DNA from: an uncultured delta proteobacterium
GTDB taxonomy: Bacteria > Myxococcota_A > Polyangia > Fen-1088
Direction of reading: 5' to 3'
DNA: 64,000 nucleotides
Assembly: GCA_963737265.1 (NCBI GenBank)
Contig: CAVTRY010000014.1
Location: forward strand, 256,001-320,000
Part shown: in pieces, positions 61,719-64,000 of the stretch
Position numbering within the stretch: the first letter of the stretch is position 1
Layout: each line of letters begins with the position of its first letter
The notes under the pieces: generated by a model
Database searches by the model: none
Told to the model about the DNA's origin: nothing
Seen by the model: the letters and a program-made list of their open reading frames with translations, nothing else
Translations under genes and position numbers: made by a program

Positions 61719-63437
61719 ATGTGGGCGAGCAGCGAAACCGGCTTGACCACGGGCGAGTGGGCCGTCTTTTGCGCCGTCTCGCTGCTGAACCTAATACCGG
61801 TATGGGCATTCCGGTACTTTCCGGGACAGGACACCGCTAACCACCTCTACGCGGTGGAAATCCTTCGCGTGCTGCTCAGCGGCGGGGCGCCGCGTGCGGT
61901 CAGCGAGTCCTTCGCGGCGAACCTAGCTCCCCAATCAAATATGCTCTTTCATGTATTCATGCTGGGGCTTGGCCGGCTTGGCTTCTCGCTCAACTTCGCC
62001 CATCGCTTGATCCTTTCGGGCTACGCGCTGGGTTTTCCCCTCGCTGGCCTGTTCTGCGCGCGTGCCGCCACCGGCCGCTGTCCCGTCTTGGCACTGCTGC
62101 TGTTGCCTCTGGTTTGGAACTGGTTTGCCCTGCAGGGGCTCTACAATTATGTGCTGTCACTGGTGCCGGCCCTTGTGTGGCTTGGCATCGTGGCACGGGA
62201 CGGCGGTCGCCCTCGTCCGCGCGCCGCCGTGGTGCTGGGCCTGGCCGCCGTCGCCGTGTACTTGGCACACACCGGGACCTTCGTGGCGCTTCTGTGCGTG
62301 ACTGTTGTGCGCGTCGTTCGCCCGGCCGACGGATCGAGGCTGTCCCTTTCCGAGCGCCTTGGTAGCGCAGGACCCCTGGCGTGCGCGCTTGCGCCGGCTG
62401 GAGCGTTGGCAGCCTCGACGTTCGACCGTATTTTTGCGGCAAGCGCGCCGGCGGAAGTAACTGTTTCACGACTTGAAATGAGCGGGCTGCTTGAGGCTGC
62501 GGGGACGTTTTTCGTCGAGTTTGCCATGCGGTACCACGTCTGGGAGCTGGCCATTCTCGGACCCGCACTGGTCCTGCTGATGGCGATTCCGTTGGTAGCC
62601 GCCCGTGCACAAGGGCGGCTGCCCGTCAAGCTCGGGACGACGGAGCGCGCACCCGACCAGCGCGCGCCCCGCTGGCCGTTGCACGCCGCTTTGCTGTTGG
62701 CCACGCTTTATTTCGCGCTTCCACACATCACATTTGGCTCTGACCTTAGCCCGCGCCTCCGCCCGCTGATCGTGTTCTGCCTTCTCTGCTACGCTGGCGT
62801 GAGGCTCTCCACCCGCGCCCGTCGGCTTGTCGTCTTCTTGGCGGTCGCGTCGGGAACCATCGGAGCTGCGGCGCTCTGCTTTGAATGCAAGACCTTCAAT
62901 CGCAACCTCGACGACTTCGCCTCCGGAATCCCTTTCGTCCGCGAGGGGAGTCGACTCTACCCCATGGTGTTCGACGAACGGGGCGCTTCGGTCCTGGTCA
63001 GGCCTTTCTTGCACGCCTGGGGGTACTACGGCGTCTTCCGCCACGTGGTCACCCCGTTCGCGTTTGCATGGCATGAAACACGTTTCCCTTACCGCTATCG
63101 CGAGCTCCCTTTGCACGAGCTCGGTTCGCGCTTGCCGTCGGATGGGGAAGACGAGCCCTACGCACTGGTTCAAGGCCGGCAGTGTGAAGCGATACGCCGT
63201 TTTTCGCCCTCCCTTACCTGTGCCGAGATCCGCGCGAACACCGAGTCTCGCTTGGCGACCTTGGGTGGTGAATACGATTATGTTCTCACCTGGTCCGCGC
63301 CGTCCGATTTCGCGACTCTCTTGGATGCGCGTGGGTATCGCCTATTGCACAGCCAGGGGAACCTCGCGCTCTACGAGCCACCCAAAGGTTCGCCTCGCAG
63401 AATGACTGAACCACTTGATCCGCTTGCCGATCGGTGA
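61719..63437 (+). CDS. Polytopic membrane protein, GT-C-like
   Basis: YFPGQDTANH, multiple TM helices, G.YNY; start uncertain (ORF open from 61482). Confidence 0.6.
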   Translation: MWASSETGLTTGEWAVFCAVSLLNLIPVWAFRYFPGQDTANHLYAVEILRVLLSGGAPRAVSESFAANLAPQSNMLFHVFMLGLGRLGFSLNFAHRLILSGYALGFPLAGLFCARAATGRCPVLALLLLPLVWNWFALQGLYNYVLSLVPALVWLGIVARDGGRPRPRAAVVLGLAAVAVYLAHTGTFVALLCVTVVRVVRPADGSRLSLSERLGSAGPLACALAPAGALAASTFDRIFAASAPAEVTVSRLEMSGLLEAAGTFFVEFAMRYHVWELAILGPALVLLMAIPLVAARAQGRLPVKLGTTERAPDQRAPRWPLHAALLLATLYFALPHITFGSDLSPRLRPLIVFCLLCYAGVRLSTRARRLVVFLAVASGTIGAAALCFECKTFNRNLDDFASGIPFVREGSRLYPMVFDERGASVLVRPFLHAWGYYGVFRHVVTPFAFAWHETRFPYRYRELPLHELGSRLPSDGEDEPYALVQGRQCEAIRRFSPSLTCAEIRANTESRLATLGGEYDYVLTWSAPSDFATLLDARGYRLLHSQGNLALYEPPKGSPRRMTEPLDPLADR

Positions 63438-63479
63438 AAGGCGGCCGGGCCGTCTCACGATAAGAATTGCCAGCAGTTA

Positions 63480-63926
63480 GCGACGACAGGCGCGCAGCCT
63501 CGACGTCGCCCTTCTTCACCAGCCACTTGACGACGGACGCCGCACGCTTGTCGCTGAGCTTTAGGTTGTACCTCTTGCCGCCGCGGTTGTCGGTGTGACC
63601 CTGGACCTCGATCTTGCGAATTTCCGGGTGTTCGGACATCACCACGGCCACCTCGAACAACAGCTCGTCGCTCGCCTTGAGGATGACCGCGCTGCCGGTC
63701 TTGAAGCGCACCTGTTCGAGAATGACGATTTCCTGCTCCGTCACGCGCACCGAGGTTGGGCAGCCGCTTTTCTGCGGATCGGGATCGGCCTTGCCTTTCT
63801 CGTTCGGGCACGCATCCACATCGTCGCGGATGCCGTCGCCGTCGCTATCGGGCGGGCAGCCGTTGAGAATCGGGTCGTCGCTGTGCACGCCTGTGAGGTC
63901 CGGACAGGCGTCGTCTTTGTCGTCGT
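63480..63926 (-). pseudogene. OmpA-family fragment with TSP3-like Ca-binding repeats
   Basis: DDKDACP, DSDGDGIRDDVDACP, VQGHTD, NLKLSDKRA; lacks the GxG...RNRRV end and the N-terminus. Confidence 0.7.
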
Positions 63927-64000
63927 AAAACAGCGGCGGCGAATTGCGCCCTACCTGTGGTACAGAGACAAGGTGAGCGGAGACAGCAAGCAGCCGGGCG

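Overview
GC-rich bacterial chromosome segment. Gene content (Ser/Thr kinase, FHA-sigma54 activator, MYXO-CTERM-like tail, TSP3-OmpA fragment) suggests Myxococcota/Polyangia; this is inference. The backbone carries housekeeping and metabolic genes: dnaK, two tRNAs, tlyA, greB, hisI, a DinG helicase, asd, ddl, HU, zwf, fbaB, GH6/GH94/GH105 enzymes and peptidases. Several small accessory patches interrupt it, four of them bounded by 24-73 bp direct repeats. The most unusual locus (50.7-55.9 kb) contains an intact HUH/Y1 (RAYT-like) nuclease gene preceded by an approximately 700 bp, same-orientation, stuttered mosaic of about 15 GTCCGAGGGTAC hairpin units that even includes a copy of the gene's own 5' end. 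It is followed by two complementary halves of a group II intron enclosing TA genes. This island splits a putative PIM-like (phosphatidylinositol-glycoside) lipid cluster. A second candidate system is a PRTase-remnant / HAD nucleotidase / AEP primase-like operon at 12.2-13.8 kb. Many conserved genes carry single frameshifts, most likely sequencing indels. All calls come from motif recognition by eye; no searches were run.
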